From assembly GCA_963849615.1 (NCBI GenBank), contig CAWKIC010000026.1, positions 48 through 64,047 on the forward strand: a DNA stretch of 64,000 nt. The letters are read 5' to 3'. The stretch comes from an uncultured Bacteroidales bacterium (GTDB lineage Bacteria > Bacteroidota > Bacteroidia > Bacteroidales > VadinHA17). Both the position numbers and the translations under genes were made by a program. The notes below the pieces were generated by a model. It had not been told where the DNA came from. It searched no databases and was given only the letters and a program-made list of their open reading frames with translations. The stretch's first letter is position 1. Each line of letters opens with the position of its first letter. This document shows, one piece after another, positions 50,770 to 61,175 of the stretch.

Positions 50770-50994
50770 ATGAGCGATAAAAAGCCATTTGTTCTAAGGA
50801 TTAATCCCAGAAAGCTAAGAGCCGTTGAGAAGTGGGCTGCTGATGAATTCCGCAGCACAAACGGACAGATCGAATATATTATCGATCAGGCTCTTCGCAG
50901 ATCTGGCAGATGGACTTCCAGAACGGTAGAGGAGGGGGAAGCGGGGGATGATGAAAAGGGAATAAACCAGGAAGAAGAAAAGGCAGCTGATTAG
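50770..50994 (+). CDS. Small Arc/ribbon-helix-helix-like protein
   Basis: MSDKKPFVLRINPRKLRAVEKWAADEFRSTNGQIEYIIDQAL. It overlaps the SPFH stop. The fold call is pattern-based. Confidence 0.45.
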   Translation: MSDKKPFVLRINPRKLRAVEKWAADEFRSTNGQIEYIIDQALRRSGRWTSRTVEEGEAGDDEKGINQEEEKAAD

Positions 50995-50996
50995 AA

Positions 50997-51698
50997 TCAC
51001 TGGTTAATGAAATATATGGAATGGCAGGCACAGATACCTGCCGTTTCTGTTCTTAACCTGCTCATCCCCAGGTGTACGGGCTTATACCCGTTGTTCACGG
51101 CCCTGGCGACCTCTTCTTCGGTGAAATCTCCTTCCGGACCTATCAGTATTACGGCATCTTCACCCTTTCTGCAGACCTGGTCGATACGGCTTCTTTCACT
51201 TTTCCTGCAATGTGCGATCATCCTGTTCCCCGGAAGATCAAGATCCTGAAATTCTTCAAAAGTGACCATTTGGTTCAGAACCGGCCTGAAAGCTTTGACC
51301 GACTGTTTCATGGCTGAAATAATTATATTGTTGATGCGGTCAGCCTTTATTCCGGGCTTTTCAGTATTCCTGCACAGGATGGGCGTGATCTCGTCAATGC
51401 CTATTTCAACGCTTTTCTCGACAAACCATTCAAACCTGTCATAATTTTTTAATGGCGAAATTGCAATATGGAGTCTGTAATCCCTTTTCTCAAAGTCCTT
51501 TTTGGTTTCCGTAATTGTTATTTCGCATCCATGAGGGTTGGGATCGCTTATAAATCCCTCATACAGATTACCTTTTCCGTCAACAAGCGTTACGGAACTT
51601 CCCTTCTTCATCCTTAATACTCTTACACAATGTCCCGACTCGATTGGGTCAAGGACGCAACCCGACCCCTTAACTTCGGTGGCATAAAATATCTGCAT
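50997..51698 (-). CDS. rsmE: 16S rRNA (uracil1498-N3)-methyltransferase RsmE
   Basis: MQIFYA......L...E..H..RVLRMKKG..V.LVDG.G, and the C-terminal ILIGPEGDFTEEEV......GY..V.LG..RLRTETAG. Confidence 0.8.
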   Translation of the reverse strand: MQIFYATEVKGSGCVLDPIESGHCVRVLRMKKGSSVTLVDGKGNLYEGFISDPNPHGCEITITETKKDFEKRDYRLHIAISPLKNYDRFEWFVEKSVEIGIDEITPILCRNTEKPGIKADRINNIIISAMKQSVKAFRPVLNQMVTFEEFQDLDLPGNRMIAHCRKSERSRIDQVCRKGEDAVILIGPEGDFTEEEVARAVNNGYKPVHLGMSRLRTETAGICACHSIYFINQ

Positions 51699-51725
51699 CT
51701 GAATGTGCTGTGAAATTACTAACAA

Positions 51726-54700
51726 TCACCTGATTAGATTATCAAGTGGGGAAATATCATCAACATTGTCTCCTGCCATGCGTCTGAGAAATCTGCCGAG
51801 CCTGTCCTCAACTGCTATCATATAAGTGTAGGGTACCTTGACCGATGAATCGGGGTGCCTCCTGTCTTTGGCTTTCAGGTTGGTTATCAGGGTATTGAAA
51901 TTGTTATTTGCTGCCTTAGCCATCATTATACCCTTAAAGTATGAGAAATAATACCAGGTCGATTCATCAGCTTTCAGATAAATATCAATCAGATCGCCAG
52001 TCCTTCTCCGCTGGATTTCAATAAAGCCGTCAACATAAATATTCATTGGCTGGCTGCCAATAAACCCTAATCCGATCTTCCCCTTCGATCTGAATGAAGA
52101 TGTCGTTTCGTTCCAGCTGAGATTAACCTCATTAAGAAGAATTTCATAGTTATACTCCCTTGGCAGATTGCCTGACAGACCGAACAGGTCGGTTTCTGTT
52201 TTAAGCTGTGTTGCCGCGCTGGTGCCAAGTAGATCAATCATTCCTTTGTTTATGAAATCGGAGTTCATATTAACCGGTTTGAGGGTTGGCATCGTTCTGA
52301 ACTCGTCACTCATGATCTTTAGTGCATCGGCTGAGAAATAGAAATCGAACGCAAGAATTGCCTTGATATCAATTTTACCTGAGTCAGCTGTCTGAACAAA
52401 GCTTCCCGCACCAGCCATCCTGACAAGATCAAAGTTTGCGCCGAAATTAAGATTCCCTTCACCCGACAGTGTGCAAAGATTTCTGGCAAGCGAAACCATA
52501 TTCCCGTTCATGGCCGGATTGGCTACCTTTTCAAGGGAGGAGATCTGATAAGTCCCTTTTGCCTTGTTGTAATAGAGCACCCCGTTGGCAGTCACAAGGC
52601 CGATGTCTGTCCACGCCTTCTGTTGTGACAGGAAGGCGGGATAAACAATAGCCGAATCAATATTTATATATGACCCGGAAACCACCAGGTTATCGTTCGA
52701 ATCGCGTGGTTTTTCAGTTAACGGGATCATGACATTTTTCGGATCAATGAGCGACTTGAATTTTACCGGGTAGCTTTTAATTGCACTGCAGTCGTGTAAA
52801 ATGCCTGCCGATCCCGTAAACAACAATTCGCTTGTCCTTGCCGAGAGAAAAACATCACCTGCAAAAGAGAAGGCCGGACTGAGCATGAATTTTTGTTCGG
52901 GAGCAATGAAACCTTTGGCGCTGGTTGTCAGTGTGTCGACAGTGAGCTCCGGAAACCTGACAGGCATCCTTTCATTATTCTCCTGAACATAATCATAGAC
53001 AGCGCTGCCCGAATATCTCTTTGTTGATTCAATATCGATGTCTGCAGAATGAAGCAGATGGCGGTTGTTTACTGCAATATATGCATTCCTGAGTCTCTCT
53101 ATTTTCCCCCTCCTGTCGATTGTGATCCTGCCGTTTTCAGGCTGGATCAGGGCATCGGCAATTGGGATATAACTGATATTTTCGGCTTCAATAAATTCCT
53201 TGTCAACATTGTATTTTGCCTTCAGGGAGGTAAAAGCTATGGTGTCGCTCAGGCTGTTAGTGGCAAAAAAAGTTGGTTTTGAAACTTCGTTCCTGTTTAT
53301 TCTGAGTAGCTTATCGGGAGGGATCAGCCCCGGAGATGCGGTTTTTCCCTTCTGCTCCATATTCAGTATCCTGTTGTTCATATCATACTCGAAATCAGTC
53401 ATTGTACATATATACTGGATCTCGGGGAACTTAACCACCGAAGAATCGGTATTAAGACGGAACCGGCTTACCTTACTGTCAAAATTGATATCCAGATTTG
53501 CATTTTCAGCAATAAAGGCATAACCGGTTGTTGAAGGCGATTTCAGGGTATAATCAGCAGTATCGGCCCTGATGGAATTTGAAGTAAAGGAAAAGGAGTT
53601 GGAGTTGATCCTTGAATCGGGAGTGTTTAGAATGCCCGTCCCGCTAAGCCGCGAGGGTGAGAGTTTAAGGCTCCCGTCGAGGGCAGTCTTGTTTTCGAAC
53701 ATATCAAAATTCTTACCTGCTGAATTATAAGCCAGCCATTGATCTTCCCATGGCAGCCATTTTATCCTGACGTCCTCACTCTTCAATTCAGGATATAATC
53801 CCGAACCGTCATTTGTAAGATTGAAGGTAGCAGCATGCGTCAGCATCGAATCGGGATAGAATTTAAAGTCATCAGATACAGTTGTTGACGACAGGTGTTT
53901 AAGGGTCCCTCTTCCAGTAAGTCCGCTGTTCGACATTTTTATGAAATCATAAAATCTCCCCCTGCCGTCATAAAGATCGACTCCTTCCTTTGGGATATCC
54001 ATATTAAAACCAAGTGAATTGTTCTCCTGAACAGTAAGGTACTGCTTCATGGGCTTTAATATATTCCCGGCAAAAAACTCACCGGAAAGGCTAAAATCAC
54101 CCTGCGTATAGTGGTCTATGTTCTCAAACGAAAAGCGGTCGACTCTGAAAAAGTAATCCTTTCGCTTGTAAATCCCTTCCATCCCGGGTATGCTGTCATA
54201 GAAAATGTAAGAGTATGCAGTGGCATTTATAATGGGATACTGGGCAAGACTCTTTAACCCCGATTTGTTTTTAGGGTCGTCAATATAGAGTTCACCGGTT
54301 GAGAGCTGGATCATACTGTTTATATCACGAATCAGGGAATTCCCAAAAGCATCTTTCTTATCCGTCTCGACCGCCACTTTTATTGAATCTATATTAGTCA
54401 GCCTTATCTTGAAAGTATCATAGCTGAATTGAAAATTGTGACCGAATATTGTGAAGAGGCCTGCCTCAACCACCCCGTCGAATTTAAAGCTTCTGTTCCT
54501 TAGAATTGTAAGCTGCCTGTTATAGGGGTATATTGCAACTTTCTGTGAATCGCTCAGGAATACATTTTTAACGCCGTTAACTGTCAGCCCGTAAGTCTTA
54601 AGATCGAGTACCGCGTTATCGACCGGTGCTTTTGTTTCGCTGTAGATAGAAAGCACATCATAATCAATTTTGCCGGAGAAAGAATCGATATAGTCCGTGA

Positions 54701-56234
54701 TCTTGTCCTTCAGGGTAACCTCACGATTGGCTCTGTCATAGAACACGAATCCCTTGTTAGCCATGTCGATGCACATTCCGATAACATAATCTTCAGATTT
54801 GTTCAGCCATTTTGCAAATTCACTTACCGGAAATGTTGTGGAATAATAATATTCAGCAAACTGCTTTAATCTTGTTAACGGATGATAATTATCAAGATTC
54901 ATCAGGTTGAGGAAATAGTCAGCATTAAAAAAAGAGACGGACTGGAACAGAGCCTGACCCATTGCTGCTCCCCGCGGTCTTGATATGAGTACCTTCGTAC
55001 TGTTCATATCCCACGAGAGGCTTTCAAAATACATGTCAAGGTTGTGGAAGGTGTTGAAGTAAGGACTCGGCGAAACCGGATTGTTTGTCCGGAAGAGGTT
55101 CACCTGCCTGGCGGCCGAATTAAATGAAAATCCCAGGTTTGTGTGAAATATGGAGTCTTTTTCGAGGTAGAGGGTTGCAGCTGTTTCCTGGCCATTCAGA
55201 CCACTGCCTGAAAAGACAAACTCATTGGAGGTAATTTTGATGAAGAGGGAATCATTTCTGAAAAATCTCATGGTTGCTGGGATACTTCTTTCACCCATTC
55301 CTTTAACATTTGCCCCTTCGAATAAGAGGCCGCCTTCATAGTCTACATCTTTAAAGATGTTCCGGATCCTGAAATTCCTGGTATAGGTTTCAAAATGAGG
55401 GAATACTGCTTTCTCTTTACTTATGATGCTTACAGCCTGATCGCTCAGAACGCCGTAAACAGATTCCTTAAAATAGCCTTTATGACTTAGTCTTGCCGAG
55501 TCGCACGTGAAGCCGTTCTTTGTAGTATTGATAGTGTACTTTCCCAGAGTTGCGAAGACATCCACTCCGGCATAACCTGCCTTCTCCCAGGTAACAGTGC
55601 CTCCCGTGCCCCTGAATTGCTCAAGTGAAGGATAGAATGTTCCTGAAACGTTGTAAATTTCAGTGCTGTCTCTCTGAGAGTAACAGGTAAGTGTGGCGTT
55701 TCTCAAAATTGCTTTAAAGACTGTATCATAAATGAGAACAGGAACAACATTTTTTACTTTCCATCTGACTGATCCTGAATAATAAAGTACATTTTCACTT
55801 ATCAGATAATTTGTATTCTGAATGTACCTCATTATATTATCATTTGTTAATTCAGGCTTGAAAAGCATTTCGCTTAGCCCTGTAAGCCAGCGGTCAAAAA
55901 GATCGGAACTAATGTTGGATTCTGTAAAAGCATAAATTGTCTTCAGGAGTTGATTGAAGTGTGGAACACCTCTCATCTGCCTTGTGACCAGCTGATTTGA
56001 TATATTAATTGTCAACCGTTTAATGTTAATGTTGATACCGGTGCTATCCCATTTTGCCAGAAATAGATTGAGATTGGATGTTTGTTCCCCGTTAAGGCCC
56101 GTTCCCATTAATGACGTAAGCTCCTGACGGTATTTCTCAGGTTCACCGCTAAATACGGGCTTTACCTGTGGAAACAATGTTCCGGCAGTTAAAAAAAGGA
56201 ATGTGAATCCGGATATCAGGAGCCTTCCTGCCAT
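51726..56234 (-). CDS. Very large (1502 aa) secreted/envelope hypothetical protein
   Basis: Uninterrupted ORF with an N-terminal signal-like segment (MAGRLLISGFTFLFLTAGTLFPQ). The composition looks beta-rich, and I recognise no catalytic motif. Confidence 0.7.
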   Translation of the reverse strand: MAGRLLISGFTFLFLTAGTLFPQVKPVFSGEPEKYRQELTSLMGTGLNGEQTSNLNLFLAKWDSTGININIKRLTINISNQLVTRQMRGVPHFNQLLKTIYAFTESNISSDLFDRWLTGLSEMLFKPELTNDNIMRYIQNTNYLISENVLYYSGSVRWKVKNVVPVLIYDTVFKAILRNATLTCYSQRDSTEIYNVSGTFYPSLEQFRGTGGTVTWEKAGYAGVDVFATLGKYTINTTKNGFTCDSARLSHKGYFKESVYGVLSDQAVSIISKEKAVFPHFETYTRNFRIRNIFKDVDYEGGLLFEGANVKGMGERSIPATMRFFRNDSLFIKITSNEFVFSGSGLNGQETAATLYLEKDSIFHTNLGFSFNSAARQVNLFRTNNPVSPSPYFNTFHNLDMYFESLSWDMNSTKVLISRPRGAAMGQALFQSVSFFNADYFLNLMNLDNYHPLTRLKQFAEYYYSTTFPVSEFAKWLNKSEDYVIGMCIDMANKGFVFYDRANREVTLKDKITDYIDSFSGKIDYDVLSIYSETKAPVDNAVLDLKTYGLTVNGVKNVFLSDSQKVAIYPYNRQLTILRNRSFKFDGVVEAGLFTIFGHNFQFSYDTFKIRLTNIDSIKVAVETDKKDAFGNSLIRDINSMIQLSTGELYIDDPKNKSGLKSLAQYPIINATAYSYIFYDSIPGMEGIYKRKDYFFRVDRFSFENIDHYTQGDFSLSGEFFAGNILKPMKQYLTVQENNSLGFNMDIPKEGVDLYDGRGRFYDFIKMSNSGLTGRGTLKHLSSTTVSDDFKFYPDSMLTHAATFNLTNDGSGLYPELKSEDVRIKWLPWEDQWLAYNSAGKNFDMFENKTALDGSLKLSPSRLSGTGILNTPDSRINSNSFSFTSNSIRADTADYTLKSPSTTGYAFIAENANLDINFDSKVSRFRLNTDSSVVKFPEIQYICTMTDFEYDMNNRILNMEQKGKTASPGLIPPDKLLRINRNEVSKPTFFATNSLSDTIAFTSLKAKYNVDKEFIEAENISYIPIADALIQPENGRITIDRRGKIERLRNAYIAVNNRHLLHSADIDIESTKRYSGSAVYDYVQENNERMPVRFPELTVDTLTTSAKGFIAPEQKFMLSPAFSFAGDVFLSARTSELLFTGSAGILHDCSAIKSYPVKFKSLIDPKNVMIPLTEKPRDSNDNLVVSGSYINIDSAIVYPAFLSQQKAWTDIGLVTANGVLYYNKAKGTYQISSLEKVANPAMNGNMVSLARNLCTLSGEGNLNFGANFDLVRMAGAGSFVQTADSGKIDIKAILAFDFYFSADALKIMSDEFRTMPTLKPVNMNSDFINKGMIDLLGTSAATQLKTETDLFGLSGNLPREYNYEILLNEVNLSWNETTSSFRSKGKIGLGFIGSQPMNIYVDGFIEIQRRRTGDLIDIYLKADESTWYYFSYFKGIMMAKAANNNFNTLITNLKAKDRRHPDSSVKVPYTYMIAVEDRLGRFLRRMAGDNVDDISPLDNLIR

Positions 56235-56245
56235 TTACAATTTAA

Positions 56246-57001
56246 TTAGAATGATTCGACTATAGCGCAGAAATCTTCCTTTTTCAATGATGCTCCGCCG
56301 ATCAATCCTCCGTCTACATCAGGCTTTGAAAACAACTCCCTTGCATTCGAAGGTTTGGCGCTTCCGCCATAGAGTATCGTCAGGTTCTCTGCACAGTCAT
56401 CCCCGTATTTTTCCTTTATAAGACCACGGATATATTTATGCATTTCCTGTGCCTGGTCTGGGGTTGCCGTCAGACCGGTCCCGATAGCCCATACAGGTTC
56501 GTAAGCAATTACTACTTTTTTGAATTCTGCCTCAGGAATATTAAATAAGCCTTCCTCAACCTGTTTTTTCACGACAGCAGGATATTTCCCGGATTCTCTC
56601 TCCTGAAGCACCTCACCACAGCAGAATATAACTTTCAGTCCGGCAGTCAGGGCAAGTACCGTTTTTTTATTCAGGATCTTATCGTCTTCATGATAGTATG
56701 ATCTTCTTTCCGAGTGGCCGATAATAACATACCCTGCCCCGGTGCTTTTTATCATCTGCGGGGAGACTTCTCCCGTAAAGGCGCCTGCCGGCTCTGATGC
56801 ACAGTTCTGAGCGCCGCACAACACCTTGCTTTTCTTTAAAATTTCAGAAACACCTGCAAGGTGGATAAAAGGGGTGCACAGGATAACTTCAGCCTCAGGA
56901 GGCCTGGTAACAAAATAAGCGTTAACTGTCTCTGCAAATTTTAGTCCCTCAGCCAGATCCATGTTCATCTTCCAGTTCCCGGCAACAATTTTTTTTCTCA
57001 T
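56246..57001 (-). CDS. tpiA: Triosephosphate isomerase
   Basis: MRKKIVAGNWKMN starts at 57001, with IIGHSERR, AYEPVWAIGTG and GGASLK. Confidence 0.92.
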   Translation of the reverse strand: MRKKIVAGNWKMNMDLAEGLKFAETVNAYFVTRPPEAEVILCTPFIHLAGVSEILKKSKVLCGAQNCASEPAGAFTGEVSPQMIKSTGAGYVIIGHSERRSYYHEDDKILNKKTVLALTAGLKVIFCCGEVLQERESGKYPAVVKKQVEEGLFNIPEAEFKKVVIAYEPVWAIGTGLTATPDQAQEMHKYIRGLIKEKYGDDCAENLTILYGGSAKPSNARELFSKPDVDGGLIGGASLKKEDFCAIVESF

Positions 57002-57063
57002 AATGGTTAAATAAATAAATAATTTGATAGAAATATCATTGTAAATCAATACGGTTACAAATA

Positions 57064-58299
57064 TCACTTTTCTGAAGAACCCTGTTTTCTCCTGTAAAAA
57101 GAACTTATCAACAAAAGTAGTACCATTAATGATAGAACCGCAGTATAAACGATCAGGACCGGGCTTTTGTTATCAGCCTTTTCAACGTCTTTGCCCGAAA
57201 CGTAACCTTTAAACTCTTCTGCGGATGGTATACCTGCCCACGACCATTTTCCTGCCACGGTTCCGGCCCTGAGGAGAAGATAGCCGGGGTTTGCACGAAC
57301 AATTGTTTTCAGGGTCGTTTCATCAGCGCTGCAGATTGACAGGCCATTATTGTAGTCTTTTAAAAGGCCGGTTCCGGACGAGGTCACAGTATAAAAATCA
57401 ATTCCCGCTGAGAGACAGGCAGCTCCAAGATCAAATCCGGTTTTAAGCCGGGAAGGATCCGCCTCCTCAAGCTTTTTTGAGATCATAAGAAGAGTAAAGC
57501 CCTCGTTGCCAAGTATTCTGCCGGTTATATCTTCTCCTTCAGCGGTTGTGATGACAAAGTCATGGACCGGAGGAAGATACCCCTTTTTGATCAGTACAGA
57601 TTTCTGGTCAACAAATTTCCAGGTTGAATCATTGGCAGGATAATTTTCAAGCGTGAATTCCTTCGTCTGGCCCTCCTTTTCATATATAAATGTTGTTTTA
57701 TATTCATCGACAGGCTTTCCCTCAGGAATAGTCATTTGCTCAGGTATATTATTCCCTGTTTTGTAAGGCAGAAAGTCGAGCAGGGGTAAATATTTCAGGT
57801 TCAGGAGGGAGAAAACAACAAAAAGAACGGCTAATCCGGAAATTAATGTCCATTCCTTAACCGGGCTGAAATGAACCGCAACATTCTTTCTTCCGGCAAA
57901 CAGGATCAAAGTGAAGATCAACAGGAAAATATTCTTCCCGAAAGTCTGCCAGTTGGTGAGATGGATTGCATCGCCGAAGCAACCACAATCGGAAACCGGA
58001 TTGTTGATGGCCAGAACCAGTGTCAGGGGTGTGAATATCAGCATAAGGATAAGCACTCCCCAGATTCCGGTCTTCTGCCTGTAACCCGATAAAACCGCAA
58101 AACCTGATACAAACTCTGCAGTACAAAGCAAAATCGCCAGCGGAAGAGCAAGGGGCAGCAAAAAATCCATGCCGAAAGCCTGAAAATAATCCTGGAATTT
58201 ATATGTAGAACCAAGCGGATCGACAGCTTTCACGATCCCCGAAAACATAAATACGAGTCCGGTTACTACCCTGGAAATCAGCCATGCGATCTTCATCAA
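57064..58299 (-). CDS. DoxX/MauE-like membrane protein with a C-terminal soluble domain and a terminal TM segment
   Basis: 411 aa. The N-terminal four TM segments resemble DoxX (FMFSGIVKAVDPLG), and there is a CGCFG motif. The family call has moderate support. Confidence 0.55.
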   Translation of the reverse strand: MMKIAWLISRVVTGLVFMFSGIVKAVDPLGSTYKFQDYFQAFGMDFLLPLALPLAILLCTAEFVSGFAVLSGYRQKTGIWGVLILMLIFTPLTLVLAINNPVSDCGCFGDAIHLTNWQTFGKNIFLLIFTLILFAGRKNVAVHFSPVKEWTLISGLAVLFVVFSLLNLKYLPLLDFLPYKTGNNIPEQMTIPEGKPVDEYKTTFIYEKEGQTKEFTLENYPANDSTWKFVDQKSVLIKKGYLPPVHDFVITTAEGEDITGRILGNEGFTLLMISKKLEEADPSRLKTGFDLGAACLSAGIDFYTVTSSGTGLLKDYNNGLSICSADETTLKTIVRANPGYLLLRAGTVAGKWSWAGIPSAEEFKGYVSGKDVEKADNKSPVLIVYTAVLSLMVLLLLISSFYRRKQGSSEK

Positions 58300-58982
58300 A
58301 TAAGTTTTTTATCGGTGATTATTTTAAGGATAAGTTCCGAAATAGCTTGCGGCGACAACATTTTCCCTTCCCTTCCGCTGCAGTTTACGACAACCAGGCG
58401 ATTGTCGGTTTCTGCGACCTTCAGGTAGATATCTCTTACTTTTTTCTGGAAGTTAAGGCTTCCTTCATGAATATCCCTGCTGCCTTTAAGGTAATCCCTG
58501 TCGGTTCCTGATCGGGAGGAGGATAATTTCTGTCCGGTGAATGAAATTGGTACGTCAAGAAAGATGTTCAGGTCGGGCTTCGGTATTGCAAAATGGTTAA
58601 ACTCAAGCGATATGATCCATTCCATCAGCTTTTCCTGTAACACGCGATCTTCAATTTTAGCACACTGGTAGGCAATATTTGAATAGGTGTACCTGTCAAG
58701 GAGGACAATTTTTTTGTCTTTGAGCCAGCCGGATATTAAAGGTGCGGCATCTTTCCGGTCGCCGGCATAAAGCATTGCAACCAGGTACGGGTCGACATCC
58801 TTAAGGCTGCCAAACTCGCCCCTGAGGAACCTGGCAATTAATTCTCCGAAGTAGGGTGAATCAGTCCTGGGGAAGTGCAGATATTTGCATTCAAAGCCTT
58901 TTTGAGCTAAAAAATCTTTTAAAAGATTAAGTTGTGTTGATTTTCCTGATCCATCAACCCCCTCAATTACAAAAAGCTTCAT
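58296..58982 (-). CDS. tmk: Thymidylate kinase-like (dTMP kinase)
   Basis: MKLFVIEGVDGSGKSTQ is the P-loop, and LLDRYTYSNIAYQ is present. Confidence 0.75.
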   Translation of the reverse strand: MKLFVIEGVDGSGKSTQLNLLKDFLAQKGFECKYLHFPRTDSPYFGELIARFLRGEFGSLKDVDPYLVAMLYAGDRKDAAPLISGWLKDKKIVLLDRYTYSNIAYQCAKIEDRVLQEKLMEWIISLEFNHFAIPKPDLNIFLDVPISFTGQKLSSSRSGTDRDYLKGSRDIHEGSLNFQKKVRDIYLKVAETDNRLVVVNCSGREGKMLSPQAISELILKIITDKKLI

Positions 58983-59124
58983 TGATTTCTGATTTCATTC
59001 GGTACAAAAGTAATAATGCCCTGTCAAAGAAGGAAACTTATGTTCAGTTTTTTATAACTGCAATCCCCGGAGTACTTTCGTGATCCCTGGTAAGCATGAT
59101 TGCAATCACTGCACTGCCCTATTA

Positions 59125-59198
59125 CCCCCTGCCCCCTAAAGGGGGTTCCATAAGTTTTTGTTAATCAATAAGTCCCCTTTAGGGGATTTAGGGGTGAA
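59125..59198. repeat. CCCCCTGCCCCCTAAAGGGGG unit followed by a family-A palindrome
   Basis: ccccctgccccctaaagggggtt at 59125-59147 and agtcccctttaggggatttaggggtg at 59171-59198. Confidence 0.85.
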
Positions 59199-59280
59199 AA
59201 ATGAACGAGTTACTTTTGATTTCCCAGCCGATGCATTGTAACTTAACCTGTTTAATCCATAATTGTTTATTTTATTGTAT

Positions 59281-59384
59281 TCCTTTGTGTTACCTTAGTG
59301 ACAACCTTTGTGACCCTTAGTGGTTATTCTTTTTACCACAAAGTCACACAAAGGAGCACAAGGATTCACAAAGGATTCACAAAG
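59281..59384. repeat. Oligomer-armed hairpin, paralog of 42414-42515
   Basis: tcctttgtgttaccttagtgacaacctttgtgacccttagtggt ... ttaccacaaagtcacacaaaggagcacaaggattcacaaaggattcacaaag. Confidence 0.85.
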
Positions 59385-59438
59385 TACTTGAATTTTAAAA
59401 GTTAAATCAGTTAAATTAGATGAATAAAAAAACCTGGC

Positions 59439-60290
59439 ATGGATTTAAAGGTGCGATACATCAACGTTAATGGAACACTCCTTGATCTTTCGGTTCCAAA
59501 GGTAATGGGGATTGTGAATACAACTCCTGATTCATTCTACCCGGGGAGCCGGTATACTGACGACGAAAGCATAATAAAAGCTGTACTGCAGATGATTATT
59601 GACGGCGCGGACATTATTGATGTCGGAGGTTATTCCTCCAGGCCGGGAGCGCAAAACATTTCGATCGATGAAGAAAAAAACAGGGTACTTAAAGCAATCA
59701 GAGCCATTAACCGTGAATTTCCGGATGTTATTATTTCTGTCGACACATTCAGGGCTGAGATAGCAAAGGAGGCTGTCCTGGAATGCGGGGCCGGAATAAT
59801 AAACGATATTTCAGGCGGAGAGTCGGATGCGAAGATGTTCGACTATGTCAGAGAGCTTGAAGTTCCGTATATCCTGATGCACATGCAGGGTGAACCGGCC
59901 AGCATGCAGAAGAGTCCGGTTTATGATGATGTGGTTGCTGATATTCTCAGGTGGTTTGGAGAAAGGATCTACAGGCTGCATTCAATGGGTGTAAAAGATA
60001 TAATCCTGGATCCCGGCTTCGGATTCGGTAAAACCACACAGGATAATTTCAAGTTACTGGATAGCTTAAGTGATTTTTCAGTTGCAGGACTTCCATTGCT
60101 GGCAGGTGTGTCGCGGAAATCAATGATCTGGAAAACACTTGAAACAACACCGGAAGGGGCTCTTAACGGGACCACCGTTTTGAATACCATTGCTTTGATG
60201 AATGGATGCGATATTCTGCGGGTTCATGATGTTAAAGAGGCGGTCCAGGCTGTAAAACTTGTGGAGCAGCTTAAAAAATCAGTTAATTAA
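59439..60290 (+). CDS. folP: Dihydropteroate synthase
   Basis: VMGIVNTTPDSFY, DIIDVGGYSSRPGA, SVDTF, ILDPGFGFGKT, SRKSMI. 283 aa. Confidence 0.9.
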   Translation: MDLKVRYINVNGTLLDLSVPKVMGIVNTTPDSFYPGSRYTDDESIIKAVLQMIIDGADIIDVGGYSSRPGAQNISIDEEKNRVLKAIRAINREFPDVIISVDTFRAEIAKEAVLECGAGIINDISGGESDAKMFDYVRELEVPYILMHMQGEPASMQKSPVYDDVVADILRWFGERIYRLHSMGVKDIILDPGFGFGKTTQDNFKLLDSLSDFSVAGLPLLAGVSRKSMIWKTLETTPEGALNGTTVLNTIALMNGCDILRVHDVKEAVQAVKLVEQLKKSVN

Positions 60291-60381
60291 GCGAAACCCG
60301 GGACAGGAATTTGACGGCGCCTGATTTTTATTCTGATTATTTCGGAGGTTTTCATATTTTTACCTTTTATTGATCTGTAAA

Positions 60382-61155
60382 ATGGTGCTTGATATCAAGG
60401 TTCTGGATATAATAGATATTTTCCTTGTGGCATTTATTCTCTTTCAGCTTTATAAGCTTATAAGAGGGACTGCAGCATTGAGCATCTTTATCGGCATCTT
60501 CTTTATTTACATGTTCTGGCTTTTGGTCAAAGCTCTCAAGATGGAGCTGATAAGCGCTTTACTCGGCCAGGTAATTGGCGTTGGGGTTATTGCCCTCATA
60601 ATCGTATTCCAGCAGGAGGTGCGGAGGTTCCTGCTTGTTATAGGGAACAGATATATGAGCAGGCGAAGATTTTCGTTCGGAAAAATATTTTCCGTCGTCG
60701 AAGATGAAGAGAGTAATCCGAAAGAAGCTGAGGAGATTGTCAGGGCTGCCGAATCAATGGCCTCCAAGAAAACCGGAGCCCTTATCGTTCTTGGAAGGAA
60801 AAGCAGCCTCGATATTTATTCAGAAGGGGGAGAAAAACTCTATGCAGAGATTAGCGCAGAACTTCTCGAAACTATTTTCTTTAAAAATTCTCCATTGCAC
60901 GATGGAGCAGTTTTAATTGAGGACGGCAAAATATTTGCAGCCCGCTGCCCTTTGCCTATCACCGACAGGGTGTCGCTTCCCTCGCATTTCGGTATGAGGC
61001 ACCGTGCCGCTCTGGGCATTTCAGAACATACTGATGCGCTGGTAATTGTCGTATCAGAGGAATCGGGTACAATAACCGTAGCCGAAGCAGGCGAGGCAAG
61101 GGAAAGGATAACTCCAAATGAACTCCGTCAGATCCTTCTCAAAGAAAAGATCTGA
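60382..61155 (+). CDS. cdaA: Diadenylate cyclase CdaA (DisA_N domain)
   Basis: Three N-terminal TM segments, then GALIVL, PLHDGAVLI, GMRHRAALGISEHTDALVIVVSEESG. The track ORF starts at a TTG at 60370. Confidence 0.85.
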   Translation: MVLDIKVLDIIDIFLVAFILFQLYKLIRGTAALSIFIGIFFIYMFWLLVKALKMELISALLGQVIGVGVIALIIVFQQEVRRFLLVIGNRYMSRRRFSFGKIFSVVEDEESNPKEAEEIVRAAESMASKKTGALIVLGRKSSLDIYSEGGEKLYAEISAELLETIFFKNSPLHDGAVLIEDGKIFAARCPLPITDRVSLPSHFGMRHRAALGISEHTDALVIVVSEESGTITVAEAGEARERITPNELRQILLKEKI

Positions 61156-61175
61156 GGAATACCTGGTACCTGTAA

